Virus record (IMG/VR): IMGVR_UViG_3300029288_000115
Span: 1-64,000 of that record
Source of the DNA: a virus
Lineage: Duplodnaviria; Caudoviricetes
Direction: 5' to 3' (one strand)
Length of the DNA stretch: 64,000 bases
In this document: positions 20,495-29,553 of the stretch, piece by piece
How the letters are laid out: each line of letters opens with the position of its first letter
Numbering within the stretch: position 1 is the stretch's first letter
Made by a program: the position numbers and the translations under genes
Notes under the pieces: generated by a model
The model's input: the letters and a program-made list of their open reading frames with translations, nothing else
The model's database searches: none
What the model was told of the DNA's origin: nothing

Positions 20495-21461
20495 TATTTA
20501 CCCCTAAAAGGTTTTTAATATCATCCATTTCTTCAGTATCTATATTATCATCCTTCATCATTTGTTCCAACTGAGATATAACCTTAATATAATTATAGCG
20601 ATTTAAAAATTTAAAGGTGGCATTGGCATTACCCCACCTCTTTGATAACTCCACATCATATAAGGCCTCCTTCTCGGATCGCGGTTGAGAGGACGTTTTT
20701 CGCATAGCAATCCACTCTTTCTTATCCTTTAACAATTCATTAATGCTATCTTCTATTTCCTCAACCTTGTGTTGAAGCTTGTCTTTTAATTTTTCTCTAT
20801 ATTCAAAAGGTAACTGTCCAAAAGCATTTCTAATTATAGAATAATCAATAACATCTCTTCTTAATTCTCCTAAAGATATATCGGCCTCTATGGCTAATTC
20901 TTGTACCGTATCCAATATACCATTAAATACCTCATAAGGGTCATAACTGGAATCTTCTAACGTTGGGCCTTTTAACCATTCATCTTTCATTATGTTATAT
21001 ACCCCACCACTCAATAAATCTTGAGCAGGATTTAATTGAATATAAAGTTCAATAGGATGCTCCTCAATATATATAGGATTATTGCGAGACCACCTCTTAA
21101 CCTCAACTTGGAGATCTTCCAAATCTAGTTTGACATCAGGTTTTAAAATCAAATGAACATCAATATCTGACTCATTCGTGTATAAATTTGTACAAATGCT
21201 ACCTATAATTCTTACCTCCTCGATGATTGGACGTAAATCATACAAAGGATATATATTTATAACATCCAATATTTGCTCTTTAATTGAAGCCTTTAATTTA
21301 TACAGACCGTCTTCTGTCTTATCCCAAATAGTTAAATCTAAATCCTTTTGAGGGTAATCTATTGAAGATTCCTTTAACAAATAAGCAACTTCCCAAGGCT
21401 CCAATTCCTTAGGTAATCTCGCAATTTGATCTTGTATTTTTTCTACTAAACCGTATATCAT
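20484..21461 (-). CDS. Pol-beta-superfamily nucleotidyltransferase
   Basis: IIGS...SDIDVH...IELY catalytic signature. Confidence 0.75.
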   Translation of the reverse strand: MIYGLVEKIQDQIARLPKELEPWEVAYLLKESSIDYPQKDLDLTIWDKTEDGLYKLKASIKEQILDVINIYPLYDLRPIIEEVRIIGSICTNLYTNESDIDVHLILKPDVKLDLEDLQVEVKRWSRNNPIYIEEHPIELYIQLNPAQDLLSGGVYNIMKDEWLKGPTLEDSSYDPYEVFNGILDTVQELAIEADISLGELRRDVIDYSIIRNAFGQLPFEYREKLKDKLQHKVEEIEDSINELLKDKKEWIAMRKTSSQPRSEKEALYDVELSKRWGNANATFKFLNRYNYIKVISQLEQMMKDDNIDTEEMDDIKNLLGVNNGK

Positions 21462-21728
21462 AAGGGCTCCACTGTAAAATACTCCGAATTGGCCAATAAA
21501 TACGAAACCAATAATCCAGTATATTTAGGATTCATAGGACAAGAAAATTTACCATCTCTATATTTCCAATCCTTATTTATTGGGCTTATAGGGTCTTGAA
21601 CATATCCTAAAATCTTACTTACTACACCCCTCAAAGCCCCCTCCTTTGACTCTGAATGTGTATATAAAAATCGTAGTGGCACTTTATCACTAATTCCAGA
21701 TATAGTAACTCGATATCGTTGTGTCATT

Positions 21729-22106
21729 TTAAGGTTTTAAATAATACATATCTATGGTTTTATCAATAACATTCCCATTAGAGTTTAATCTTAAATTAAT
21801 TCCAATAGGCACAAAAGGGCCACCCTCAAGCCATTCTATCGCGGCATCAGATAGATCGATAGTTAGTTCTTTTTCCATTCTTTCATCAGTATCTAAATTT
21901 TCTACTTCATAATTTATTGAAATAGGACGATCAAAAACTAACTCTATAGCTTTAATTCCCCAAGAACGATATTCAAAATACATCTTATAATACAATAAAA
22001 TCGTCTTCGGGGCAGAAATAACATCTAAATTTTGTCCTTCAATAGATAGATCGAAATCAACTTCTACCTTATAATAATCTGCATCTTGCTCAAGCAACCG
22101 TTTCAC
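21729..22106 (-). CDS. Hypothetical protein with leader MKRLLE
   Basis: ORF track. Confidence 0.45.
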   Translation of the reverse strand: MKRLLEQDADYYKVEVDFDLSIEGQNLDVISAPKTILLYYKMYFEYRSWGIKAIELVFDRPISINYEVENLDTDERMEKELTIDLSDAAIEWLEGGPFVPIGINLRLNSNGNVIDKTIDMYYLKP

Positions 22107-22121
22107 TCTTATCTTCCTTTC

Positions 22122-23411
22122 TTAAATAGTAGTCTTATATCTATCTGGGTCAATAATATCTCCTAAATACTCTTGAAATAGTGCAATAGCCTTATCAAAG
22201 AGGATCAGATTTGTCTTAAGCTGCTCTCGCTCCAAAACCAGCAAGGTTTGTAACTTGTATTCCACAAAATCTTTAGCTCTTACAAGAATGTCTTCTAAAT
22301 CACCAAATAACTTTTCTGCCTCGACTTTAGTCATTTCTCCTCTCTTTTCCAAAGCTAAATGACTTATCTCATTCGTAACCTGCTCTCTTTCTTTGTCGGT
22401 CAGTTCTATGGCCTCAATCGTTGCAATAAAGTGCTTTTGCTCATCGGTAAGATTTGGTTTAGATTTTAAATATTTTACTAATAGAGCTTGTTCAGCCAAG
22501 GCCTTAAAGTCTTTAAGGGTATTAATAGGGACATCTTCTTTATCTTCTTTGACAATGACCATAAACTTTTCCTTATCTGTATCATCCTGAACAACCGTTC
22601 CTTTCTTTTGAGTAGCCAACTCTTGAGCCGCGTTCTTATCCGAAAAGCCTCTTGCAACAACAGTATAATTCTGCTCCTCAATTTTACTTTCCTTTGCCTC
22701 TTTCTCTTTGGCTTTATCTCTTGCAGCAGCGGCAGCCTCTGCATCCTTTTTCTCCTCAGGCGTCATTTCACTTAACTTAGCTTCTTCTTCTTTAACCTTA
22801 ATTTGCTCATCAAAATCCTTAATATTATCTTTTACTAACTTTAATAACTCTTTAGCAACTTTAAAATTACCCTTATCAAAATGTTCTTTGGCTGCTGCCA
22901 TATTATCCACCAAATCTTGGGCCTCTGTTGATGTTGTTACCTGTGAGGCCACTGCCCCACCTTCCGGGGGTAAAGGTTTGTCTACTTCTACGGGAAGTTC
23001 TGGAATAGGCTGATCAATAGATTTATTAGATTCTGGGGGCAGTTCGTCCTGCTCAATTAAATCTTTAATTTTATTCGTGGTTGTATCTTTAGAGTTTGGA
23101 ACTTTTCCCTCTTCAGCCTTTGAATCTTTAACCGGTTTCGTTTTTAATCCTAAACGCTTTTTTACAATACCCATAATCTTTTGATAATCAGCATCTGTGA
23201 GAGCTTTACCATCTTTCTCCTTCTGAACCTGTACCTTTGCCTCTTCATAATACTCTTCAGCTTTAGCTAAACTTTTACCAGCATCTTTTGCCAAAGCCGC
23301 CAAAGCCTGTGGTGGTTCAGTAAGAGGCTGAATTTTATTTGCCTCTAATAAAGATAAATCAGTAACGCCCTCTTTAAGTTTATCCATTAAAAGAATTACA
23401 TTAACTCCCAT
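22122..23411 (-). CDS. Charged, probably head-internal / prohead core protein
   Basis: K/E-rich, many [LIA]xE sites; shares a motif with 37414..39132. Confidence 0.45.
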   Translation of the reverse strand: MGVNVILLMDKLKEGVTDLSLLEANKIQPLTEPPQALAALAKDAGKSLAKAEEYYEEAKVQVQKEKDGKALTDADYQKIMGIVKKRLGLKTKPVKDSKAEEGKVPNSKDTTTNKIKDLIEQDELPPESNKSIDQPIPELPVEVDKPLPPEGGAVASQVTTSTEAQDLVDNMAAAKEHFDKGNFKVAKELLKLVKDNIKDFDEQIKVKEEEAKLSEMTPEEKKDAEAAAAARDKAKEKEAKESKIEEQNYTVVARGFSDKNAAQELATQKKGTVVQDDTDKEKFMVIVKEDKEDVPINTLKDFKALAEQALLVKYLKSKPNLTDEQKHFIATIEAIELTDKEREQVTNEISHLALEKRGEMTKVEAEKLFGDLEDILVRAKDFVEYKLQTLLVLEREQLKTNLILFDKAIALFQEYLGDIIDPDRYKTTI

Positions 23412-23424
23412 AGTATCCTCCTCA

Positions 23425-23868
23425 TTAGTTAGGATCTTTTACAAGATCCAAATCTATCAATGAAACTTTTTCCCCTTTGGCGTCAGACCAGTTTCCACCT
23501 TGGGAATCAATATGTAATAATGATAATACCTTATCATTAACCTTTCCATCTTTTTGGTAGAATGCAACCTCTTTCCTATTTCCATTTTTGTAAATAGGCT
23601 TAATTGTATAATCTAAATCAGCAAATCTTAAATTAAGTAGCTTCTGAACCTTGGCAGGAATTGAATCGCTTGACCCTAAAATAACACTTAAAATTTCCAC
23701 AGCCCTATCATCCTTGGGTATGATTTTCATCCCAGTATCTAAAGCCCTTTTAAATAGCTGTGAAACCCCCGTAGCCGGAAACTTATCCGAATAATCCCCT
23801 AATACCAATAGCAAAGTTTTATATAAAGACAAATCCTTTGCCTCACTTAATTTTTCTAATATACTCAT
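23425..23868 (-). CDS. Hypothetical protein with leader MSILEKLSE
   Basis: ORF track; GGAGG RBS. Confidence 0.45.
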   Translation of the reverse strand: MSILEKLSEAKDLSLYKTLLLVLGDYSDKFPATGVSQLFKRALDTGMKIIPKDDRAVEILSVILGSSDSIPAKVQKLLNLRFADLDYTIKPIYKNGNRKEVAFYQKDGKVNDKVLSLLHIDSQGGNWSDAKGEKVSLIDLDLVKDPN

Positions 23869-24042
23869 ATATCCTCCACCTTATCATTAATAATTATTTG
23901 TTATAGAGATAATAAGACTACTATCTGCTCAAGCTTGGCCAATATCTGGTGTAAAATATTAAAAAAGAAAAAACCACAAATGATAATGAGGCTTATAATT
24001 ACTACATCATCTAAACCTAAACCTATAGTAACAAAAAGCTTA

Positions 24043-24945
24043 TCATTTAGACTCTTTAGCCACCCGATCATCTTTTTTCTCCTTGTCTCCAACCGAATCA
24101 ATTGCGTCCTTAATCTGTTTAAAGACCTTACTGGGAAATCGTTTTCCTCTAGGATAAATACGATTCTGAACAACTTTAATATCTTTTTCTCCATCTAATT
24201 CATCAGCTGCGTCCATATCATCAACCGAAATTTGATATGACGGAACAAAAGCCATATCAACCAAAGCCTCAAATGTTACTCCTATTCCATGATAATTACT
24301 TATAATAGTTATTCCAGAAAGATAATCATAATTTTCAAATATGCTAAAGGAGTTTAAGGCTCTTTTATCTCCTAAAGACGCAATAAGCATTTCAACGGAT
24401 CCTCGATCATCCTTGTAAACTATCTTTAACTCTTTCATTAATTTTCTTATAGCGACTAAATAATCATTTAAGGGAAGCAAAACGGTCTTTGGTGTACTAT
24501 AGCTACCCCCACCAAAAGTCTTTTCCCATAAATCAAAATCTCCATCCATATCTCCAACCGGGGGCGTAATCGTTAGTTTCAATAAGGCTGTCTCTAGTTC
24601 ATTAAATAACTTAGCCATATCCTTATCTTTACCTTCTTTTAAATGAGAGCTTAAATCAATTTCAAAAATATCCGTAAATACTACTGAATCCTTTCCTAAA
24701 ACAGAATTCATAAACTCTTGCCAATGTTCTTTACGAACATTAATTTCCAACATATTCTCAAATCTAACCTTATATTTATCCTGATGATCTAAAACCGAAA
24801 GCTGCCACTTATTCTTTTTCTTAGCTAACTTTCTTAACGATCCTTGAACTGCTCCTAAATGCGTAGGAAGAAAGTCAATGGCATCACTAGTCGTAGTTTC
24901 ATTCATTCTTTCTATGATTCTTTCTGATAGCTTTATAACAGACAT
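24043..24945 (-). CDS. Hypothetical protein with leader ending MNE
   Basis: ORF track. Confidence 0.45.
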   Translation of the reverse strand: MSVIKLSERIIERMNETTTSDAIDFLPTHLGAVQGSLRKLAKKKNKWQLSVLDHQDKYKVRFENMLEINVRKEHWQEFMNSVLGKDSVVFTDIFEIDLSSHLKEGKDKDMAKLFNELETALLKLTITPPVGDMDGDFDLWEKTFGGGSYSTPKTVLLPLNDYLVAIRKLMKELKIVYKDDRGSVEMLIASLGDKRALNSFSIFENYDYLSGITIISNYHGIGVTFEALVDMAFVPSYQISVDDMDAADELDGEKDIKVVQNRIYPRGKRFPSKVFKQIKDAIDSVGDKEKKDDRVAKESK

Positions 24946-25145
24946 TAAGCCTCCACCTTTTTCTTAGTTATTCTTAAAAACATATACTCACTAGAATAAA
25001 ATACGTCATAGCCCATTGGAATTAAAGTGTCCTCTAAAAATCGAATAAAGTCGGGCTGATTCCACCACATCTTTGCCTTTATACCATGAACGCCAAAATC
25101 ATAATAACGCAAGTCTTCACTTAAAGTTTGTAATAGAGTTTTCAT
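24945..25145 (-). CDS. Small protein with 10-aa leader MKTLLQTLSE
   Basis: ORF track. Confidence 0.45.
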   Translation of the reverse strand: MKTLLQTLSEDLRYYDFGVHGIKAKMWWNQPDFIRFLEDTLIPMGYDVFYSSEYMFLRITKKKVEA

Positions 25146-25146
25146 A

Positions 25147-26967
25147 TTACTTATTTTCTTCGTTATCTTCTTCTTCTTCTTCTTCTCCAGTCTCAGGTTC
25201 TTCTTTAGGCACCATTGTATTCTTTTTTAAATCGGCTTCCTTATCTTTTTTCTTCTTTAAGAACTCAGCCCCTCTAGCATATATTCCCCAAGACTTCTTA
25301 ATGGAAGCTTCTACTTTTTCAATATCCCTAGTATAAAAATGATTTAAAAAACTAGCCATCGTTGACACATACATTGGTAATACATCCATTACCAATTGCA
25401 AATGTTTACAATTATGCACAAATACTCCAGCCTCAAGTGGGAAATTATGATTCCTCTCCAGAGAAAGGTCATATACATCGGCTTTTTTTGCTAAAAACTC
25501 AACCTTAACTACCCTATGATTTAATACTTTAACAAATCTTCCATCTGAACTCCTCTTGATGCACAAGGCCTTCTTTCTTAGCTCTGCCCTCTTCAATGGT
25601 GAATTCATAATTTGCGAAATAGTTAAAGCCATTCTAGCAACGCTCTCAGAGGTCTCTTTTGTCTTGCCCCTAAAAAATCCAATATGCCCTAATTGAAAAC
25701 CGGGATTAAATTCCCCTCTTTTCACCCTACATATACAACACATACAACCTTCCTTATGATTCAAAGAGCAACCTCGCAACTTGTTGTACATCATCCTTAC
25801 CCTATCATCGGTTTCCTTTGTTAAACCTTTATTCCAAATCTTAAGCCTTCCATCAAGAAACTTCTTCTTTAACCTTAATCCCCGACAACGTAATCTCTCA
25901 TCCACCTCTTTTGTTAGTCCTTTACTCCAAATTCTATAATTCTTCTTTTTACCACGCATACTTGCCCCATGTAAATCAATATGTCTCTGCTTCACCATTC
26001 TTTGCAAATTACCGGGGTCATTGTTCAGCTTATCAAAATCTTTGTGGTGGTTAACCCAACCAGAAGGTAACGCTCCATCCATAAATTTGGCCACTAAACT
26101 ATGAATATATCTATATCTTCCATCATTTGGGCAATAAACTCTTTTGTAACCTTTCATATTATCTTGGTCCACCTTCTGATATAAAGGCATTAAACTATCT
26201 TGAAACTGTAGGTCTTTGGCTTCCTTGTAACTACCATCCCTAAGCATAAAAGCGTGGTCTGGGGTACAATCAACATACTTGCCATTGTCAAGATGCACCC
26301 GAACAAGCTGAGCATTAAGCCTTGTTTTCTGAACATCAACTATCTTATCGGGTTCTAACTGAAGTGTTTCTGGGTTAATTGAAAGTGTATACTTCCCCAC
26401 ATACTTATCCTTATTCTCTGCCATGTCCTTTATCGTAGGAACACCACCATCTAACAAAGAAACCCTTGTGTCACCAGCAAAACAATGCGCCCCATATTGT
26501 CTGGGATTTCTAATATCCGGGGGCCTGTTTTCAGGCTCAGTATACTTAGCATCTCTACGTGTTAAGATATAAGCCCCACCCCAATACAATTGCGCGGGGC
26601 AAGAGCAATTAATTTCTAAATCTGTAGCCATTAAAAGCTCTCTTCCAAGTTTTCTTAAATCAACTCCTTTATTGTCCTTTTTCCATAACCTTCTATCTCT
26701 AGCAAATCGAGAAATCTGACTTTCTAAATTTGTCCAATTCAAATATACGTCATACCATAAAGAATTCTTTGTACCTGAATGAACTTTAAAATGCCAAACG
26801 GCAGGTCTAACATCCTTTAATCTAACACCCCCTCTGCCTGCAACGGCGTCTACTCTATCATCAAATTCTGGGAATAAATAATTTATAGAAGCCTGCTTAC
26901 GCTTTATATCCTTATAGCCCATTTCATTTATGTTAATAAGACTTTCAATTAATCCCAAATTCAACAT
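25147..26967 (-). CDS. SWIM-type zinc-finger protein (about 248 aa after splicing) containing an intein
   Basis: CSCP...GAH|intein|CKHL gives a CxC..CxH signature. Confidence 0.7.
   Translation of the reverse strand: MLNLGLIESLININEMGYKDIKRKQASINYLFPEFDDRVDAVAGRGGVRLKDVRPAVWHFKVHSGTKNSLWYDVYLNWTNLESQISRFARDRRLWKKDNKGVDLRKLGRELLMATDLEINCSCPAQLYWGGAYILTRRDAKYTEPENRPPDIRNPRQYGAHCFAGDTRVSLLDGGVPTIKDMAENKDKYVGKYTLSINPETLQLEPDKIVDVQKTRLNAQLVRVHLDNGKYVDCTPDHAFMLRDGSYKEAKDLQFQDSLMPLYQKVDQDNMKGYKRVYCPNDGRYRYIHSLVAKFMDGALPSGWVNHHKDFDKLNNDPGNLQRMVKQRHIDLHGASMRGKKKNYRIWSKGLTKEVDERLRCRGLRLKKKFLDGRLKIWNKGLTKETDDRVRMMYNKLRGCSLNHKEGCMCCICRVKRGEFNPGFQLGHIGFFRGKTKETSESVARMALTISQIMNSPLKRAELRKKALCIKRSSDGRFVKVLNHRVVKVEFLAKKADVYDLSLERNHNFPLEAGVFVHNCKHLQLVMDVLPMYVSTMASFLNHFYTRDIEKVEASIKKSWGIYARGAEFLKKKKDKEADLKKNTMVPKEEPETGEEEEEEDNEENK
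25411..26484 (-). mobile_element. Intein (358 aa) with HNH homing endonuclease
   Basis: Starts CFAGDT; block B CTPDH; HHKDFDKLNN HNH; ends VYDL...HNF...VFVHN followed by Cys. Confidence 0.92.
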
Positions 26968-26985
26968 AGATTGCTTTCCTTTTGA

Positions 26986-27621
26986 CTACTCAAAAACAGC
27001 CAATAATCTATTGATTAATTCTTCTTGCTCCTTAGAAAAATGCCATCGAATATTTCTTTGCTTATTAAACCATTCTCTAGCAGAATTCGTATTAAGCTCT
27101 TCGGCCATGGCCTGCCAATCAGCCACCATTTCAGCTATATCCAAACTTGGCATATTACTTGCATCAATGCACTTAAGTGATTTATCCCTATTACTAGGGT
27201 CAATATTTGCTTCTGCCTTATCCTTTAGGTGATACTCTGGATGGTGTGAGTTCGTCAAAATGTGATGCATAGTTGCTTGGTTCTCATCCTCTTTATCTAA
27301 CATTCCTGGAGTCTGATATCCTTTACCATTATAAGGGTCAAATTCTCCTTGCTCATTTTCTAACTTATGTCTCCACGTAATAGAAATATAAGGCGTTCGT
27401 TCTGGCTCTTTAAATTTGCTAGCATCGTGATACTCTCCACGAGCTAACAATGCCTCATTATCAAAATCTCTAAACTCTGGATTTGCTAAAATAATCTTCT
27501 TAATAGAGGATTGAACCAAACCAATATGTTTATTTGTTCGTTCTATAAACCATTTCTCCATCTCTGGAGTATAAGTTTCAACCTTTGTATCTTCCATAAG
27601 CGTAGTTAGTAGTTCTCTCAC
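26986..27621 (-). CDS. HD-like metal-binding protein (DUF5662-like)
   Basis: H...HDASKF...HH...HHPEY...EMVADW. Confidence 0.65.
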   Translation of the reverse strand: MRELLTTLMEDTKVETYTPEMEKWFIERTNKHIGLVQSSIKKIILANPEFRDFDNEALLARGEYHDASKFKEPERTPYISITWRHKLENEQGEFDPYNGKGYQTPGMLDKEDENQATMHHILTNSHHPEYHLKDKAEANIDPSNRDKSLKCIDASNMPSLDIAEMVADWQAMAEELNTNSAREWFNKQRNIRWHFSKEQEELINRLLAVFE

Positions 27622-28025
27622 TCCAAGTCCTTCTTTATTGGTTCACTAGTCATTATTTTCTCTGGGGTCTCTACATCATAATACGTTTTACCACCATCTT
27701 TTGAGAAAAATTTTGGGTCTCTTTTATTCTGCCAAAGAGTCTTTGACTTATCCGTTCCCATTTCAATAGTATCTTGCCACTCATCAGGATCATCGGTAAT
27801 TGAGCTTAAAGTTTCAAAATTGGATAATCGATGAAATAAATCTCTAGTGATTTCAGAGGAGCCCCCACTATGCCCCTGACCAGCAAAGGTTTGCATTAAC
27901 TCCATTACAGAATTGGCAATCATTCCTTCATAATCAGCGTCTTGGTCAAATAATCCAACCAAATCCATTTCATATTTGGCGTGATCAACTAACCCCTCTT
28001 GAATTCTAGTTAATAAATTATACAT
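27618..28025 (-). CDS. Conserved phage hypothetical protein with leader MYNLLTRIQE
   Basis: F..QGHSG.S...WQNKRD..FS.DGG. Confidence 0.5.
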   Translation of the reverse strand: MYNLLTRIQEGLVDHAKYEMDLVGLFDQDADYEGMIANSVMELMQTFAGQGHSGGSSEITRDLFHRLSNFETLSSITDDPDEWQDTIEMGTDKSKTLWQNKRDPKFFSKDGGKTYYDVETPEKIMTSEPIKKDLE

Positions 28026-28287
28026 AAGTTGTCACCTTTAAACCACCAGGTCTAATTTCTAAATTATCATCAATCACTCTATCAGGCTTTGGAACTATAC
28101 TAAAAGGTTGTAATCCATAATGATCACAAAAGGCTTTAGCATATTCATATCCACGACCACTCCAAATAACCACTATATTTGTTTTTATTAACTCTCTTAT
28201 AGCCTCTATCCGCCCTAAAAAGGGTTTTCCCCAAGCCTTATCTGGTGTTTCAGTTAACGTTCCATCAACGTCAATAAAATATACCAT
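28018..28287 (-). CDS. Small HAD-superfamily protein
   Basis: FIDVDGTL...WSGRG...KPD..IDD. Confidence 0.7.
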   Translation of the reverse strand: MVYFIDVDGTLTETPDKAWGKPFLGRIEAIRELIKTNIVVIWSGRGYEYAKAFCDHYGLQPFSIVPKPDRVIDDNLEIRPGGLKVTTYV

Positions 28288-28563
28288 AACCTTTTTCCTT
28301 ATCTATTAAACCACTGCCAAGCCGTTTTTGTTATTATGTTTTCACAACCCTGAAGGAATATAAGAGCAAATCCTATTATCCCAACGGCAAACCCTAAAAT
28401 TACCCAAAAAGCTTTTCTAAATATATTTTTATTCTTCTGTCCCATACCCCGTTTCTCCTTCTCTTAAAGGAGCGCCCCTGTCTCCATACCGCATCCAATT
28501 ATAAACCTCTCCACAACCAGTTAAAAAACAAATAAGTAAAGATAAAAGGATTATCTTTCTCAT

Positions 28564-29253
28564 TTAAAATCTCCTAGCCAAAGCTACCCATCGACCGTCT
28601 TTTGCTAATTGTGCCTTTAAGTCTTTCATTTCTTCTTTGCCTTCATCAACCAAAACCTGTCCATCATTCTTTATTCCTATAATGTCAGACTTTCTTAAAG
28701 TGTTTCCTTCTATTTGCTTTATTAGTGCTTTAGAATAATTTAAAAGCCAATCTAAAACATACTGAGAGGTAATGTCATCAATCGAGAAAAACTGTCTAGT
28801 ACCAACTGCACATAGTCTTTCACATTGTACGGGCATGTTTATAACATATAAATAACCACCAACACTTGGGTCATCAGACCGCACATATTTCCATGTAAAC
28901 TCTGTGCCAGTATAAACTCTAAAATTTCTAAAAGTTTCTCCTAATAATATTAAATCCGAAGTTACATTATCCAAAAGCTGAATGCCTAACAGCGTCCATA
29001 AAGGATGATCTTTATATATCCAATCTGTTTCTGTTGCCGGATAAATCTGCACCACACTCTTAAACTTTGTGCTCAATTGAATTCTAACGCTCGAATCTAC
29101 AAAATCATACATCTCCATAATCTTATAAGCAGAATGCGTATTCCAATACCTAAAGGCATTCTCAATGCATTGAGAAATAGTCTCTTTTGGCGTTACCAAC
29201 GTTAAGGGTAAAAACTCTCTCTCTACCCACTCATGCATTGCAGATATTTTCAT
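28564..29253 (-). CDS. Neck protein (gp13-like head-tail adaptor)
   Basis: WLLNYSKALIKQIEG..LRK...DGQ.L..EG.EE; located downstream of the capsid gene. Confidence 0.7.
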   Translation of the reverse strand: MKISAMHEWVEREFLPLTLVTPKETISQCIENAFRYWNTHSAYKIMEMYDFVDSSVRIQLSTKFKSVVQIYPATETDWIYKDHPLWTLLGIQLLDNVTSDLILLGETFRNFRVYTGTEFTWKYVRSDDPSVGGYLYVINMPVQCERLCAVGTRQFFSIDDITSQYVLDWLLNYSKALIKQIEGNTLRKSDIIGIKNDGQVLVDEGKEEMKDLKAQLAKDGRWVALARRF

Positions 29254-29273
29254 ATAACCTTACCCCAATAATT

Positions 29274-29486
29274 TTATAGCTCTACCTTATAATAAGGGTC
29301 TCTTAAACATTTGCTTCTTTGTGACACAGCCTTCTTTGCGGCTTCCACATCTAAACCGTTCCTAATAAAATAATCAATAAGTTCCTGATCCGAACTTGCT
29401 TCATCGTTTTGTAAAACTGCATTAACCCAATGTTCCAAATCTGATAAGGTGTTTAGTTCAAATAATCTTTCTAATAGATCTTTCAT
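29274..29486 (-). CDS. Small protein with 10-aa leader MKDLLERLFE
   Basis: ORF track. Confidence 0.45.
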   Translation of the reverse strand: MKDLLERLFELNTLSDLEHWVNAVLQNDEASSDQELIDYFIRNGLDVEAAKKAVSQRSKCLRDPYYKVEL

Positions 29487-29507
29487 TAAACCCTCTCTTT
29501 TAAATGA

Positions 29508-29545
29508 CTGGGGGGCTAGAGATTTTAACCCCTAGCCCTATCCAG
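29508..29545 (-). terminator. Stem-loop just after the capsid gene (terminator or mRNA stabiliser)
   Basis: GGGCTAGGGG-TTAAAA-TCTCTAGCCC; weak U-tract. Confidence 0.45.
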
Positions 29546-29553
29546 CTTAACTA

